Assembly (NCBI GenBank): GCA_020632445.1
Contig: JACKFN010000006.1
Coordinates: 1 to 56,467, forward strand
Origin: Candidatus Nomurabacteria bacterium
GTDB lineage: Bacteria > Patescibacteriota > Patescibacteriia > Magasanikbacterales > UBA922
Direction of reading: 5' to 3'
Length of the DNA: 56,467 bases
The notes under the pieces are model-generated. The model did no database searches. It worked only from the letters and a program-made list of their open reading frames with translations, and was not told the origin of the DNA. Of the stretch, positions 11,101 to 19,116 are shown piece after piece. Position 1 is the stretch's first letter. Each line of letters begins with the position of its first letter. The translations under genes were made by a program, and so were the position numbers.

Positions 11101-11863
11101 ATTCTTCTTTGATGGTTTGAGCTGGAGAGAGAATTTTTCCAGAGATAAGACTGGTCAAACTCTTAAAACCATCCCCTTCTTGTCTATCCAGCTTGGCCGA
11201 CTCTGATCGACTGGCACGGCTCTCATCGATCTGTGCAATACCATCAAGCGCAATACCAAAATCGGAATCACTTACTTGAAATGAAGTCGCAAAAACCTCG
11301 TCCATAAAACGAGATCCACCTGGTCCATATTTTCTTTCAAAGGTTTCCTGACTCCAACCATCTTTCAATTTTTGCCAGTTACAAGCACTACCATTTTGGC
11401 CAGCTTTAGCATCGGCATAAGCATTTCGAAGACCAATACGAAGGTTAATAAGCAAGTTGGCGTCTGGAATTTCACACAAATTGAGCCCAGCCTTTTTTCC
11501 GATGGCTTCTACGGTTTCTGCTACGGCGTCACCAGCGGCCTGACCCAGGTAATCCCCAAACGAATCTTGGTGCACGAGTGGGTTTTTTCCTTTTCCACCT
11601 GAAGAAATGTATACCGCTGAATTGTAGGCCAAATCACGCGCATACCGAGACGCAGCGTTTACAAGTACCTGCAATGCACTGGAATACAAAGCATCCCAAA
11701 ATGACGCCTTCACGTCTTTTTGAGTCATGTATGCAACCACGTCAGGAGCTCCAGTAATAGCATAACTTCTTTGGGCATACAAAAATGAGCCCATCACCTG
11801 TATGATCAAAAATACACCGATAAAGAACGCGAGGAAAATTTTTTTGGTCGTGTTTTTTTGCAT
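2129..11863 (-). CDS. giant (3244 aa) Cys-rich secreted/surface protein, N-terminal signal-anchor
   Basis: Uninterrupted 9.7-kb ORF starting at ATG 11863. The N-terminal segment KKIFLAFFIGVFLIIQVMGSFLYA is hydrophobic. The sequence is very Cys-rich from about residue 360 on. It carries acidic DxDxDG-like stretches (DDNGDGIDDIDGDTGE). I recognise no catalytic motif. Confidence 0.85.
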   Translation of the reverse strand: MQKNTTKKIFLAFFIGVFLIIQVMGSFLYAQRSYAITGAPDVVAYMTQKDVKASFWDALYSSALQVLVNAASRYARDLAYNSAVYISSGGKGKNPLVHQDSFGDYLGQAAGDAVAETVEAIGKKAGLNLCEIPDANLLINLRIGLRNAYADAKAGQNGSACNWQKLKDGWSQETFERKYGPGGSRFMDEVFATSFQVSDSDFGIALDGIAQIDESRASRSESAKLDRQEGDGFKSLTSLISGKILSPAQTIKEESKVNTSKHEGEVTTSQITGLYAAEAWQIFPMAASVFLNTLANQMLDKIFNKGLYPDPGRGAQGLSFENDTSAIDPRERAKKEFSFLKVVNPLPVGSQDILQDMRTCPDNPGLNNCVIDDDFAQALDIANNSEPMTIAQAMNLNGSGDGTEYLHGSWKLISPVNEAEHNDKDCYNGAYCYSNLQKLRRQRILPLGFEIAALRSDPDQPPTLKEVIEGFDDCPYVDDNGDGIDDIDGDTGEKLLDTSRLGDPEFRWCRILNPNWVLRAPLHKCEMGVYGPELLAPDLALRKPECADISTCIYENESGKCVTPQAYGYCLKEENIWRTGADSCEWQNATCKAYTNQVTGQITPYLARTVDYAQCDANSSGCLAYALEQDENGQWIDSYQTASNVDLKLLGRNGSLYLNSEVSSNYCANQEAEGCSAFYTNPDASNQTRLFLKKAPDYLGCYDIDRSTPEIDWPTTLAQVINDLPNNPACGEFSQVCVEQEVGCQAFTPLTVDGDVAANPLVPGIVGGSSCNQECLGYSAYRQVGVQFESEKFPMYINPYSQNAGECRAQDVGCEEFTDLSAGAGEREAYFKKIRFCEQPDANRENEKTFYTWEASVDDGQRLRTHRLLQIDDQVHDYLARMAQRGAIDGLVQAQLDEVFPVGSPAYDSFDPAVIAGYLELCNEETYNNRINNINPDNQGSTQCLRFFDDDNQEYYRLVTKTVEISAQCNPFRKTNAELYIDVNVSGAGDQDVCQQWGGLWEAPSQIQLENQNLDLPIDEPVCQRCQGGGKYENGVCIYEAIEGGQGTESCNPDAAMCREYVGNGGNNVAAPIFSHDFEADDFGNEESLQEAMGGFAAQNDNDLQIAAEGLSPNEHSLQISAVRAQYHIDGGMLKSDNTTGYELRFWTRGVAQAVDIYFEQGGQEMGRFTYNIAEQEVEEVSVGDNWREVVLGPVLFGGDASQELNLVFVSNDDQNQPYFIDKLSLSPSTQKVYRIKGSWETIVEYQGQNVRASVPLSCDANPTDGLPGEGLGCSQYQFTNVEGDTGIVFTSGFDKLCRENAVGCIPMYDTYNSYSQEANDFETGDDLAHVYNTLCEMSSRERELSNKCKVLYDGQSFECEVAPDQTTCHIPNNVIIDQTLEIVEINGEQVVVPDGADADDLRRIGDGLPAENRLILDVASIYVPADTPADSPLYMTARQDFACQSNEVGCLKVGQQAQVLPRDDQASAYQFEDVYVMNRPENYSQMLCRADQLGCSTFSLDADIYFKDPAVIGNKICEYKQPEGGTPGWYIQGVGTCSHDSDVLCKADADCGQAPDGERARTCNTADPVACYRDPLFVRRDTPVGEALGIFSNESPRYDGFVGSCPLEQHMCGEFIDPQDTSAEHPNGEPYYFIYNDKVIDKEGQCDGQVSQTEGCVLFNYTEDPNRVYNSAASYQKSFQEGNYGLVDVVTEPSNDDLRTLDANRIIKVNRDRQCSEWLECRSKIKISGRDEPLCYEYGVCNARNEDGTECVSWVTPQSIDDGLEPLNYDSYVTRNVSWSGFEYTGYSLYNRRQIPNLEYFITVEGYDTTYIGHKVDDRFFAGDPDDQGNEGFSDRACKQGNESELNWTACGPDNGGRCYKGSCLYPVAGQFPASIRIDEEDFVDLNANQQVERMKEIESNLLPYLEGGSCKSFPEQDSPFPNYVAEQFSGSIAENQGNLAFRRDHIQNVQGFEKVNVCQFGDCSCGYTKVNYGEDITSDYWPLTKNFPAGKCTGNGLAGQACNVDADCTYVYTESARPGEAAETTAIPGICNKLSKKEVRIGVEGYCLERDFSRPIQLETRKEYPCLTWMPLQISAALNDTFNSNVEAGYNPSIDAIDATGAATGGEVYCIDSTSMESGAYDASNMYTRYSSGGSMYEGGNNGDIVIPDADNTDIAEISELTFSNYPLRFDGARDREKPFLKYFLDNYFDENTGRPLSGDDDCSEDEDADYGSGDIRAVVCRPGTKGTTSLLQIWSWYNISKDAVVLRNDRGGAAHHDVMGEGVAGGNGGNVDGAAAGGYEINNGSIEINVDTWAPYTLAANTWAYSNQDGRDNGGDYEGFEIGTVMHPPRLWKEDGSFISDYTVDFAKVANQSFVNSEIFSHFENQKINTKYYSPEKNSNEYVYVSDIEASLNEKQIRKVYFLVTSYHGNVSHQSIPAMYDKQLYIDFEQLQSIKSHANLELVSGPGRYGDKHRQVNPTIDGGEEARNKWWTYMLDASDVDGLLSFDNYLAHGGYSTNYRVGISDQVSPFSDERNKIHRRYVAVLADNGSIGEFGRDFEPEFMKTATTGRVGRPIQGSDPFSEICENKGSNGGRFWAIGMDFNKQGEFLGYITRFCNPEKDDDDYAYGGFSVGVVAELNDICVDYGGVHNSDINPISGDANKAWTNITWNESQKDTATGWHSSFIGHAFPNPPYGSLPMSYRDLESSDRSLLLSRASFAYPDYNGIPYKCDSKLLSYDYLADINGQVPVNAAGGNGSRGCAGLYRRDAMYVYPASPFEFIERNDVATSGGIDLSQNVETARAAGILKGLFSKISKRVGFGENNNVVDKSITNLDVSGLDANGRLLLRQTLNLNGGRVGNQGNEVIRKVIPPQIYSLNPVTCSPLNDSAKCTPGTKDNVSVNGRTYLTTDYNADGVYPEDKEDEDADFFVDAMIYRGRAPAKLQFFAFADHDAMPIRQVRVDWQDGSSIVNKNKVGLYKNQKPFCQSSSFSGSQIGVCRGLSENDEDGVLQLLCSQNSDCPIEYWRDAAGETHAVQECVLPAEGESFPAYFGDSQRACNEGYFEFIHTYTCTQDDINSGGVDWVKTVNDNTFSEAEIRELREYDVGVGDKVCVFKPRVQVKDNWGWCNGMCSADYRSNYNRSGVAFDKPYRLGANVLYVEDSPYHQPLFLGPEENGSRFFVTPYLPGSASLEGEGRKQMFAPQYSQTMVGYEGCWDDFSIRGSELPMCEKNFSDVITDPNDPNFNNRPYVEFAGKIIVVPTR

Positions 11864-11873
11864 ACAGTCCTAA

Positions 11874-12614
11874 CTATGATTCGTTAGAGCCCTGATCGGC
11901 ACTCTGCTCTCCTGTTGGCTCAGTAGATGTGGCTGTCTGAGCAGTAGGATCTTGTGGTTTATCTTTTTCAACTTCCTGGTTGTAAAATTCTTTAGCCATC
12001 TCAATTAGAGCCTTATCAGATATCTTGTCAAGTGTTTCTTTGTCGATTTTCCCAGAATTAAGAAGTGCTTGTCTGATTTGTGCCGGATCACCAATAAATG
12101 CTTCTACATCGGTATACTGAAGGGTTCCTACCTGCTGACCTTGCGCTACCCCCAAAACCGTCAATGGATCCTGAGCAGTACCAACTCCGTTGACGAGCTG
12201 CTCGGTTCCTGTTGGGATGACATAGGTAGAAGTAATGTCACACGGCTCTCCCTCTGGACACAAAGGATCAGTTCCCTGATCAACCTCTTGCATATCGGGA
12301 AAGCCATCAGAATCAGTATCCTTGATGTATGGACTCGTGCCGTAAAAATTCAATTCCTCAAAATCATTGAGCCCATCTTGATCTGTATCAATACTCTGAA
12401 GTCGAATTTGCTCATCAATCACACTGCTTGCATCCTCATAGTCTTGTGCAGAAAGCTGCACAGAAAATGGTGAGAAAATTTGTCTTTGGAAGTAGAACCA
12501 CCCAAACAGTGCAAAGCATACGACAAAAAGCAGAAGAAAAGTAAACCCAAACTTCTGCTCGCTTGTAAATCGGCTTGGTTTTGACTGCGGAGTTGGCAAG
12601 CCAGCCATAGACAT
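11874..12614 (-). CDS. membrane-anchored protein with thrombospondin-type-3-like Ca-binding repeats
   Basis: N-terminal TM segment FGFTFLLLFVVCFALFGWFYF. Repeats DTDQDGLNDFEE and DTDSDGFPDMQE are present. The stop lies 10 nt before the giant gene's ATG, suggesting an operon. Confidence 0.7.
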   Translation of the reverse strand: MSMAGLPTPQSKPSRFTSEQKFGFTFLLLFVVCFALFGWFYFQRQIFSPFSVQLSAQDYEDASSVIDEQIRLQSIDTDQDGLNDFEELNFYGTSPYIKDTDSDGFPDMQEVDQGTDPLCPEGEPCDITSTYVIPTGTEQLVNGVGTAQDPLTVLGVAQGQQVGTLQYTDVEAFIGDPAQIRQALLNSGKIDKETLDKISDKALIEMAKEFYNQEVEKDKPQDPTAQTATSTEPTGEQSADQGSNES

Positions 12615-12628
12615 TTTTGTATAGAGAA

Positions 12629-12657
12629 ATTATACCAAAAATCTCAGAATGCCACAA
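12629..12657 (-). promoter_or_regulatory. promoter of the 11874/giant-gene operon (extended -10)
   Basis: Minus strand reads TTGTGG (12657-12652), 17 nt, TGgTATAAT (-10 at 12634-12629). It lies 14 nt upstream of ATG 12614. Confidence 0.55.
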
Positions 12658-12706
12658 CTCAAATATTAAGTTGTACACATCCTGTGTACAAAGCATTGAA
12701 GTATAC

Positions 12707-12733
12707 AAAAAATCCTTTACCGTGGCAAGGATT
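12707..12733 (-). terminator. intrinsic terminator after rsmA
   Basis: Minus strand reads aatcctt-gccacggta-aaggatt followed by tttt: a 7-bp stem located 22 nt after the rsmA stop. Confidence 0.6.
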
Positions 12734-12754
12734 CCGTGTAATCTTTGATGTGTT

Positions 12755-13588
12755 TTACTTAGAAAGTACTTGCGCAAGTGCCTTCCACTGCGCCATACTC
12801 AGCTCCTGGGCGCGCACTCGACTATTTCCGGTGATCTGCTCAAGCAACTCTCGTATGAGCGCCTCTTCTTTTTTGATCCCATGAGCCAAGTTCTTGGCGA
12901 GCTGCTTACGCTTATTGCTAAAACCGGCCCTGGCCAAAGTAAAAAATGCCTCACTTACCTCTTGCTTTGGATAAACATCTATATGCACCACAGCAGAATC
13001 TACCTTTGGTGCCGGCCAAAAACAACCACTCGAAACCTTGGTAACGACCTTTGGGATGCCAAAATATTGTACACAAACAGAAAGCAAACTCATTTCTCCC
13101 GGCATGGCGCAGATACGCTGTGCGACTTCTTTTTGAACCATAACGGTAATTGATTGTGGTTTATTCGGGAGTTCAAGCAGAGTACGCAAAACATTTGAGG
13201 TAATCTGGTATGGAAGATTCGCAACCACTTTGTACGGTTTTCCTTTTTGCAGTGATTCATGACTCGGTATGGTACTGAGTGCATTCCCCCATATGACCTC
13301 AAAGTTTTCATGTTCGGTCAACACTTTATCCCAGTATGGGTGGAGTTTTTTTTCAATTTCAAAAGCAATAAGCTTTTTTGCTTTTTCCAAAAGTGCAAAA
13401 GTAAGCACACCAAATCCGGGACCTATTTCTACTATGGTATCCTCAGCAGAAACCCCGGCAGCTTCGAGCATTTTTTTGATAGGAGCATCTGTAATGAGGT
13501 AATTTTGACCGTATTTTTTGGATGGTGAAAGACCGTACTGCTGGCACAGTGCCTTGAGATAGGTCGGTTTATACAAGTCTACAATCAT
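12755..13588 (-). CDS. rsmA: 16S rRNA (adenine1518/1519-N6)-dimethyltransferase
   Basis: KKYGQNYL motif and SAM-binding IVEIGPGFGVLT. Length of 277 aa is typical of KsgA/RsmA. Confidence 0.9.
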   Translation of the reverse strand: MIVDLYKPTYLKALCQQYGLSPSKKYGQNYLITDAPIKKMLEAAGVSAEDTIVEIGPGFGVLTFALLEKAKKLIAFEIEKKLHPYWDKVLTEHENFEVIWGNALSTIPSHESLQKGKPYKVVANLPYQITSNVLRTLLELPNKPQSITVMVQKEVAQRICAMPGEMSLLSVCVQYFGIPKVVTKVSSGCFWPAPKVDSAVVHIDVYPKQEVSEAFFTLARAGFSNKRKQLAKNLAHGIKKEEALIRELLEQITGNSRVRAQELSMAQWKALAQVLSK

Positions 13589-13626
13589 AAATCCAACTTT
13601 CCAGTCAACAACGTTCTGTTTAGACT

Positions 13627-14853
13627 TTAGTTTTTTTCCTTTTTATCCTCATCAATTGCCATGTTTAGCCCATCGGTACCATACCGATTGCTGGCATTCC
13701 ACAGAATCCAACCACCATCAGTATGCTTTTCTATCACATCAATCTGAGTGCGAATCTTTTGGGCATCATAAACAGCACCCAAATGAAAAGCTTGAATCCA
13801 TGGCCGCGCCTTTGCGCGCTTCTCTTCAAAGTATGGCATTCCTTTTTGCATTCCGTTTTCAAAAACAAGTCCAGGATGGTCTGCAGGATTATCAAGGTTA
13901 AGATGCCCTGAGGGATAATGCGACGGATACATCATTGGCATAATATAGTCCACATGATCGACGGCATCTTCAAGCCTTTGTCCAATAGACATACCATCAT
14001 GTCTTTCCATCACAAACCCAAACATATCAAGTGACGTATAAACTGGTACTCCTTCCATTTCTTTGGCAATATTTGCATAGAATTGTTCCATGACTTCATA
14101 TTTAGGAGTGTCTCCATTGGTATATGCCACCAAACTCATATTTCCATCTGACGGAAAGCGCACATAGTCAAAATTAATTTCATCAAAACCAAATGCTGCC
14201 ACTTCTTTGGCAATCTGCATGTTGTAATCCCAAACTTCCTCTTTGGTAGGATCTACCCACGCAAGGCCTTTGTGATCCCGCCACAGACCACCATTTTTGC
14301 TTTTAATCGCCCATTCTTGTTTCTTTTCTGCCAAAATTGGATCCTGAAACACGGTCTGACGAGCGATCACATAAATACCTTCTTCGTGCAACTTGTCGAC
14401 AATAGCCTTTGGATCTTTGAGGCGATCATCTTCGAGACCCAATTGATTCACAAGCTCTATGTCACTGTCATAAAGTACCAACCCGCTATAGTCTTTGACA
14501 TCAATCACAATAGCATTAAGCTCTGTTTTGTGTATCAAATCAATCATGGCATTAAGTTTTTGATCTGAACCAGCAGAGTATGCCGTCAAATACAATCCCT
14601 TGACCTCTCGCGCCTGCGCCTTTCCCATGTATTTTTGACGCATCTGTCTAAACTTTCCATGCCTGGCACGCGCCGAATCGGCAGAAATTTGTGACAAGCC
14701 ATTTACATAGGTTTGTGTATAGATATGAGACCAAGTCACCGCTACTCCGGCAAACGTACCGACGCAAACAATAATCATAGCAGCCAAAAAGCTATGAATC
14801 TGTCTTTTCTCTTTCTTTTGTATCTCTTCTGGCTCGTAGGTATTTTCATCCAT
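13627..14853 (-). CDS. membrane-anchored putative glycoside hydrolase (DUF4015/COG1306-like TIM barrel)
   Basis: N-terminal TM segment. The segments KGLYLTAYSAGS...LNAIVIDVKDYSG...INFDYVRFP resemble that family as I recall it. Confidence 0.6.
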   Translation of the reverse strand: MDENTYEPEEIQKKEKRQIHSFLAAMIIVCVGTFAGVAVTWSHIYTQTYVNGLSQISADSARARHGKFRQMRQKYMGKAQAREVKGLYLTAYSAGSDQKLNAMIDLIHKTELNAIVIDVKDYSGLVLYDSDIELVNQLGLEDDRLKDPKAIVDKLHEEGIYVIARQTVFQDPILAEKKQEWAIKSKNGGLWRDHKGLAWVDPTKEEVWDYNMQIAKEVAAFGFDEINFDYVRFPSDGNMSLVAYTNGDTPKYEVMEQFYANIAKEMEGVPVYTSLDMFGFVMERHDGMSIGQRLEDAVDHVDYIMPMMYPSHYPSGHLNLDNPADHPGLVFENGMQKGMPYFEEKRAKARPWIQAFHLGAVYDAQKIRTQIDVIEKHTDGGWILWNASNRYGTDGLNMAIDEDKKEKN

Positions 14854-14862
14854 ACTCTGTTT

Positions 14863-17800
14863 TTATTGAGCGATGGTTGTAAGTTGCTGTGTAGCGGTAT
14901 TTTCAAAAGCATCACGAAGTGTCACTTCAAAAACATACTCCCTACCGGTTTCAAGACCATATACTTTCCACAAACGCTGTGTCTTGAGTATATTACTATT
15001 TGCTATTGGCTTACCATTTACAATGACGTTCACCGCGGTAGGCTCACTACTGAGAATCTGCAGCGTGTGGTAGTCCGCACTGATGTGATCCAGACTCAAA
15101 CCTTGAAAACTGGGATTAACACTGTCCCTTTGAGAATCATAGGAAGTAATGGTAACGCGAGCGATGGCATGTTGCGCAGTAATTTCGTTACTCACAAGGG
15201 TAACGACATAATCGTCCACGCTCTCAAAACACTGCACGAAGGTATAGTCCTTGTAATCGCGTGAGGTAATAAACTGTGAAGTCACAGAGTCTTCTTGATT
15301 GATTTTTATGCCAAGTGGATATGCGAATACGGAATTAAGTGTCTTTGCGTTGACGATCACAGAGTAACATCCCGCCTGAGTTGGACGAAAATTCACATAG
15401 GCAACCGAGCTTCGGTTAATCCCTGCGTAGGCAACATTGTACGCAATATTACTTCCACGAATCTGCGTTGGTGCAAACGTCCAAGTCAAATCACCCGTAG
15501 CAGAATTGCAATCATTGTCTATTCCATCGCCATTAACCTCAACAGCCCCAGGATTCACACTGGCATTCACGTCATTACAGTCAACCGGCACAGCGTATCC
15601 ATCGCCATCCTGATCACTATCTTTGGTGCTACTATCACAGTCATTATCTTTGCCGTCGTAAAAAATTTCTTTTCCTCCTGGTCGCACATCAGGATCATTG
15701 TCATTACAGTCAAACTGCACAAGCGACCCATCACCATCAGCGTCTTGAAGCTGATCAAGATCCTCCAAAATCACAATGAGTTTGTCGATATACAAATTGT
15801 TATCAATTGGTGGATCATACACATCGTTGGTAAATTCCATTCTGATGACATGCATACCTGCCCCTACCTTTGTAGACGCTTTGTACCTTTTGAAGCCGGC
15901 AGAATTGACATCAAAAGTCCCAATGACCACGCCATCAACACTAAGTTTCATCTGGGCGTTAAGTCCTTGAAAAATATCACCACGCGCTGCAACCTCAAAA
16001 CCATACTTTCCAGGAAGCAGCTGAACACTTTGTTCTACATAGCCATTACTATAGAGTGCAACAGAATCAGAAAATCGCTCAGAAACATTCGCCACAAGAT
16101 TCGCCATGTTTTCTGCTTCAAACTGGATGATTCTATTATTTCCATTGTCAGTTGTTCCAGCATTACAGTCATCATCAATACCATTTCCTAAAATCTCACT
16201 TCCACCCGGATTGATGCGAGCATTATTATCATCACAATCCACCTCTACCGTAAATCCATCACCATCATTGTCAAATGAGTAAAAGATAAACCTATCATTG
16301 TTTGAGGTCATGAAACTGCGAATCTGCGAACGCTTTGCGTTTCCGGCAGCGTCTTTTGATTCGATCTGGTAATAGTACCTCTTGTTACGAATAAGATTCG
16401 GCAAAATGACGCCGTGTGACTGAGTAAGAAATCCTGTTCCAATTTCACTGGTCATGCTTTCAGTAGTCAAACCATAAAAGACGGCGGAACTTGCAGGTTC
16501 ACTGGTTTGCCAGATAATACGCGCCTGCCCGGTAGTGATGTTTGTTTCGAGGATATTAAAGATTTGTGGCTGCTTGAAGTCAGGTGAAACAATGTCACCG
16601 CCCAGAAGTTTTCCATGTGCAAATAAATACATTTCACCTTGTCCAAGGAGCGCATTAAACTCCCGAACAGAGAAATACTGAAGTGGGCTGCCTGCGTAGG
16701 AAAGGTTGGCACTTCCATACTCAAAAGCTCTTCGAGCATCGCCCATGAGTTCGGCATTACCAGCTACATAGGCATGAGCAGCAAAAGCGTCTGCATACGC
16801 CAAGACGTCAGCGTTTGCAAGCTTTGATTGTGCACCATTTGCGTCGCACGCAAAATATTCATAGTTTTGTGCGCCATACACGAATCCTTTGAGCAAACTC
16901 GCACGAGACACGACCAAGTCCACCGCCTTTTGATCCACCAAAATGGCATTATCTTTGGAAACTTGATAGTAATGAGCTACCGCACTGATAGCCCTGGCCT
17001 GCTCAAGACTTGCCGCACAGGATTTGTCGAGACTTCCGGAAGCATTCACCGTCCAGAGATATTCTACAAGCCGTCTTGCCAGAGTGAGGTATTCCCTGTC
17101 ACCAAGCTGCTCATATCCGGCGATGAGTGCCTCAAGTGCTCCGGCAGTGTCATCGTTCAAACCGATCGTCACATCCTCTCGACACGTATTATCGCACTGT
17201 TTCAAAAGTAATGTCTGTGCCAATGCTGGATTATCTCTATATTCTAAATGCGTAAGACGATAGTACATATTATCCAGGATCTCTCGTCCAGTTTGCTCAA
17301 GCATTGGATCCGCGGTCTCTTTAGCCATTGCTAAAATTGCTCCTACCTTTTGCGCCTGCTCAAGGCTTGTACCAAATGAACCTCTATGCACATTGTTGCT
17401 CCCAGCATCCTGGAGAGTAAAATCATAAACACCACCCTCATACCAACGACGATCAGCATATTTTCCTTCAATTTGACTATGATGAACATCAATATCAGCG
17501 CTATGTCTTACCCCGGCGCGCAAAAGCGTATACCACAGGTCTTTTTGCTCGTCACTGAGTGTCCGTTTTGACTGTCTATACATTCCACCGAGCACGTCCC
17601 CGGGAAGATTTGATGGAAGCTGACCAGCAGCGCCACGGAGTGGGATATCACCATAGTCTATCATGCCATATAAATTGTTTTTTTGTATATCATCAAAAAC
17701 ACTGACTGCCTGTGACAATCCTGCGTTAAAGTTCTCAGGTCTTTGTATCTGTGTACTCAGAGCTGATTCGTATCCACTAAAATTTTGCCAATAACTACCG

Positions 17801-19113
17801 GCAATATATGGAAAATCTGTGACTTCAAGATCAAACCGCAATGGGTACTGGAGACTTTTTGCAACGTCTTGCACGTCTTGTGCTACGTCAGTGTGGTACC
17901 GAAGATAAAAACTGTGTGTTTTGTACTCACCTTCACGAAGCTCAAACTGACCGGAAAACTCTGCTGGAAAAAGACCAACTTCTAGACGATTATTTTTCCC
18001 ACGAAAAGCCTTTGGAAAATTCTGCCACGCATCTTCCATAACGAGTGTGATATTGCTGGCATCAAACCAACCTTCCATCTGATCAGCACCACGAAACCGT
18101 GACTGATCGATCTGTATAGTCGTCCCCTGGGTAGCGCTTCCTGACTGAAGCCTGGCATTTCCTGATATACTTTGGTACTGGGGGGTACCGCTTGAATCTT
18201 GATACAAAATAGCAGTGTTTTGGTATACCCCACTCAAAAGGCTCTGTGTATCACCATGATAATTTGGGATAGCGTATTTGTTGATTCCTTGCCCAATCAA
18301 TGACAAAGAAAGATCGTCAAACTTCATAGCCCCAAGTGATCCATAATCTGTGCTATGTGGATCAACGTGACCAAGTGCTCCTCGATTTTCCAAACGAAAA
18401 TCAACTTTTACAACAGCAGAATTTTTATAAAACTGCATTCTGGTGGTAAACCCGAGGTTATCCTTGATGACACCTTTGGCAATGAGCGAAATTTTGTTTG
18501 GACCGAACTGGTGCACTTCAATATCGGCCGAAGATGCGTGATAAATACCGTCAAGAAGTATCCCATAATTCTTGGCATTGACATCAGAATAATACACACG
18601 ATTAGAAAGACTTCCATCAAAAATGCTCACCAAGTCAAAGAATCGAAACTCGGTTTTTGAAATTTCAAATTCTGCAATCCCCGTATTAATGGTAATCCCC
18701 TCAGCATCGTTTTTGGTGACACGAAGTTTGCTCTCTACAAAGCTCTTCGTACCGTATTGCAGGTCAAACTTGGCCTTTTCTTTTGGAGCCATGTTTACCA
18801 GTGCATCGACATGAATCCATGAAATTGGCTTTGATGGGTCATCTGGTGATCCTCCATGTCGACCCACGATAGTAAACTGAGCAGCCACCTCAGCAGACTC
18901 TTTCATCAGCTGAAGATCACGTATATCACGAATATTTTTTTCTTTTGGAATAGGCAATGACCAACTTAGCGGCATATTGACGCGTGGCGCATCCAAAACA
19001 TTACGCACAGTAGCGCTTACAATCACTCCAGAATCCACTGCATCCACATCAACAACTCCCATGGGAAAAAACACGAGCAGAGTCAAGAAAAGAAAGGAAA
19101 AAACTTTTTTCAT
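14863..19113 (-). CDS. large (1416 aa) secreted multidomain protein (metal-binding DCDD repeats, CBM-like and Fn3-like modules)
   Basis: Signal peptide MKKVFSFLFLTLLVFFPMGVVDVDA. Three copies of the DGDG..DC(D/N)D..(N/R)PG..E..(N/D)G.D(N/D)DC motif. A CBM6/35-like block runs from IIQFEAENM to NLYIDKL. Two Fn3-like blocks are present. Confidence 0.8.
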   Translation of the reverse strand: MKKVFSFLFLTLLVFFPMGVVDVDAVDSGVIVSATVRNVLDAPRVNMPLSWSLPIPKEKNIRDIRDLQLMKESAEVAAQFTIVGRHGGSPDDPSKPISWIHVDALVNMAPKEKAKFDLQYGTKSFVESKLRVTKNDAEGITINTGIAEFEISKTEFRFFDLVSIFDGSLSNRVYYSDVNAKNYGILLDGIYHASSADIEVHQFGPNKISLIAKGVIKDNLGFTTRMQFYKNSAVVKVDFRLENRGALGHVDPHSTDYGSLGAMKFDDLSLSLIGQGINKYAIPNYHGDTQSLLSGVYQNTAILYQDSSGTPQYQSISGNARLQSGSATQGTTIQIDQSRFRGADQMEGWFDASNITLVMEDAWQNFPKAFRGKNNRLEVGLFPAEFSGQFELREGEYKTHSFYLRYHTDVAQDVQDVAKSLQYPLRFDLEVTDFPYIAGSYWQNFSGYESALSTQIQRPENFNAGLSQAVSVFDDIQKNNLYGMIDYGDIPLRGAAGQLPSNLPGDVLGGMYRQSKRTLSDEQKDLWYTLLRAGVRHSADIDVHHSQIEGKYADRRWYEGGVYDFTLQDAGSNNVHRGSFGTSLEQAQKVGAILAMAKETADPMLEQTGREILDNMYYRLTHLEYRDNPALAQTLLLKQCDNTCREDVTIGLNDDTAGALEALIAGYEQLGDREYLTLARRLVEYLWTVNASGSLDKSCAASLEQARAISAVAHYYQVSKDNAILVDQKAVDLVVSRASLLKGFVYGAQNYEYFACDANGAQSKLANADVLAYADAFAAHAYVAGNAELMGDARRAFEYGSANLSYAGSPLQYFSVREFNALLGQGEMYLFAHGKLLGGDIVSPDFKQPQIFNILETNITTGQARIIWQTSEPASSAVFYGLTTESMTSEIGTGFLTQSHGVILPNLIRNKRYYYQIESKDAAGNAKRSQIRSFMTSNNDRFIFYSFDNDGDGFTVEVDCDDNNARINPGGSEILGNGIDDDCNAGTTDNGNNRIIQFEAENMANLVANVSERFSDSVALYSNGYVEQSVQLLPGKYGFEVAARGDIFQGLNAQMKLSVDGVVIGTFDVNSAGFKRYKASTKVGAGMHVIRMEFTNDVYDPPIDNNLYIDKLIVILEDLDQLQDADGDGSLVQFDCNDNDPDVRPGGKEIFYDGKDNDCDSSTKDSDQDGDGYAVPVDCNDVNASVNPGAVEVNGDGIDNDCNSATGDLTWTFAPTQIRGSNIAYNVAYAGINRSSVAYVNFRPTQAGCYSVIVNAKTLNSVFAYPLGIKINQEDSVTSQFITSRDYKDYTFVQCFESVDDYVVTLVSNEITAQHAIARVTITSYDSQRDSVNPSFQGLSLDHISADYHTLQILSSEPTAVNVIVNGKPIANSNILKTQRLWKVYGLETGREYVFEVTLRDAFENTATQQLTTIAQ

Positions 19114-19116
19114 AGA

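Noticed and set aside
2064-11602. Dozens of 60-190-codon plus-strand and alternate-frame ORFs inside the giant gene. Similar shadow ORFs occur inside the 1416-aa gene, groEL, nusA, RNase J and others.
   Set aside because: They are fully nested in long, motif-supported minus-strand CDS and show no start signals. They are typical shadow ORFs.
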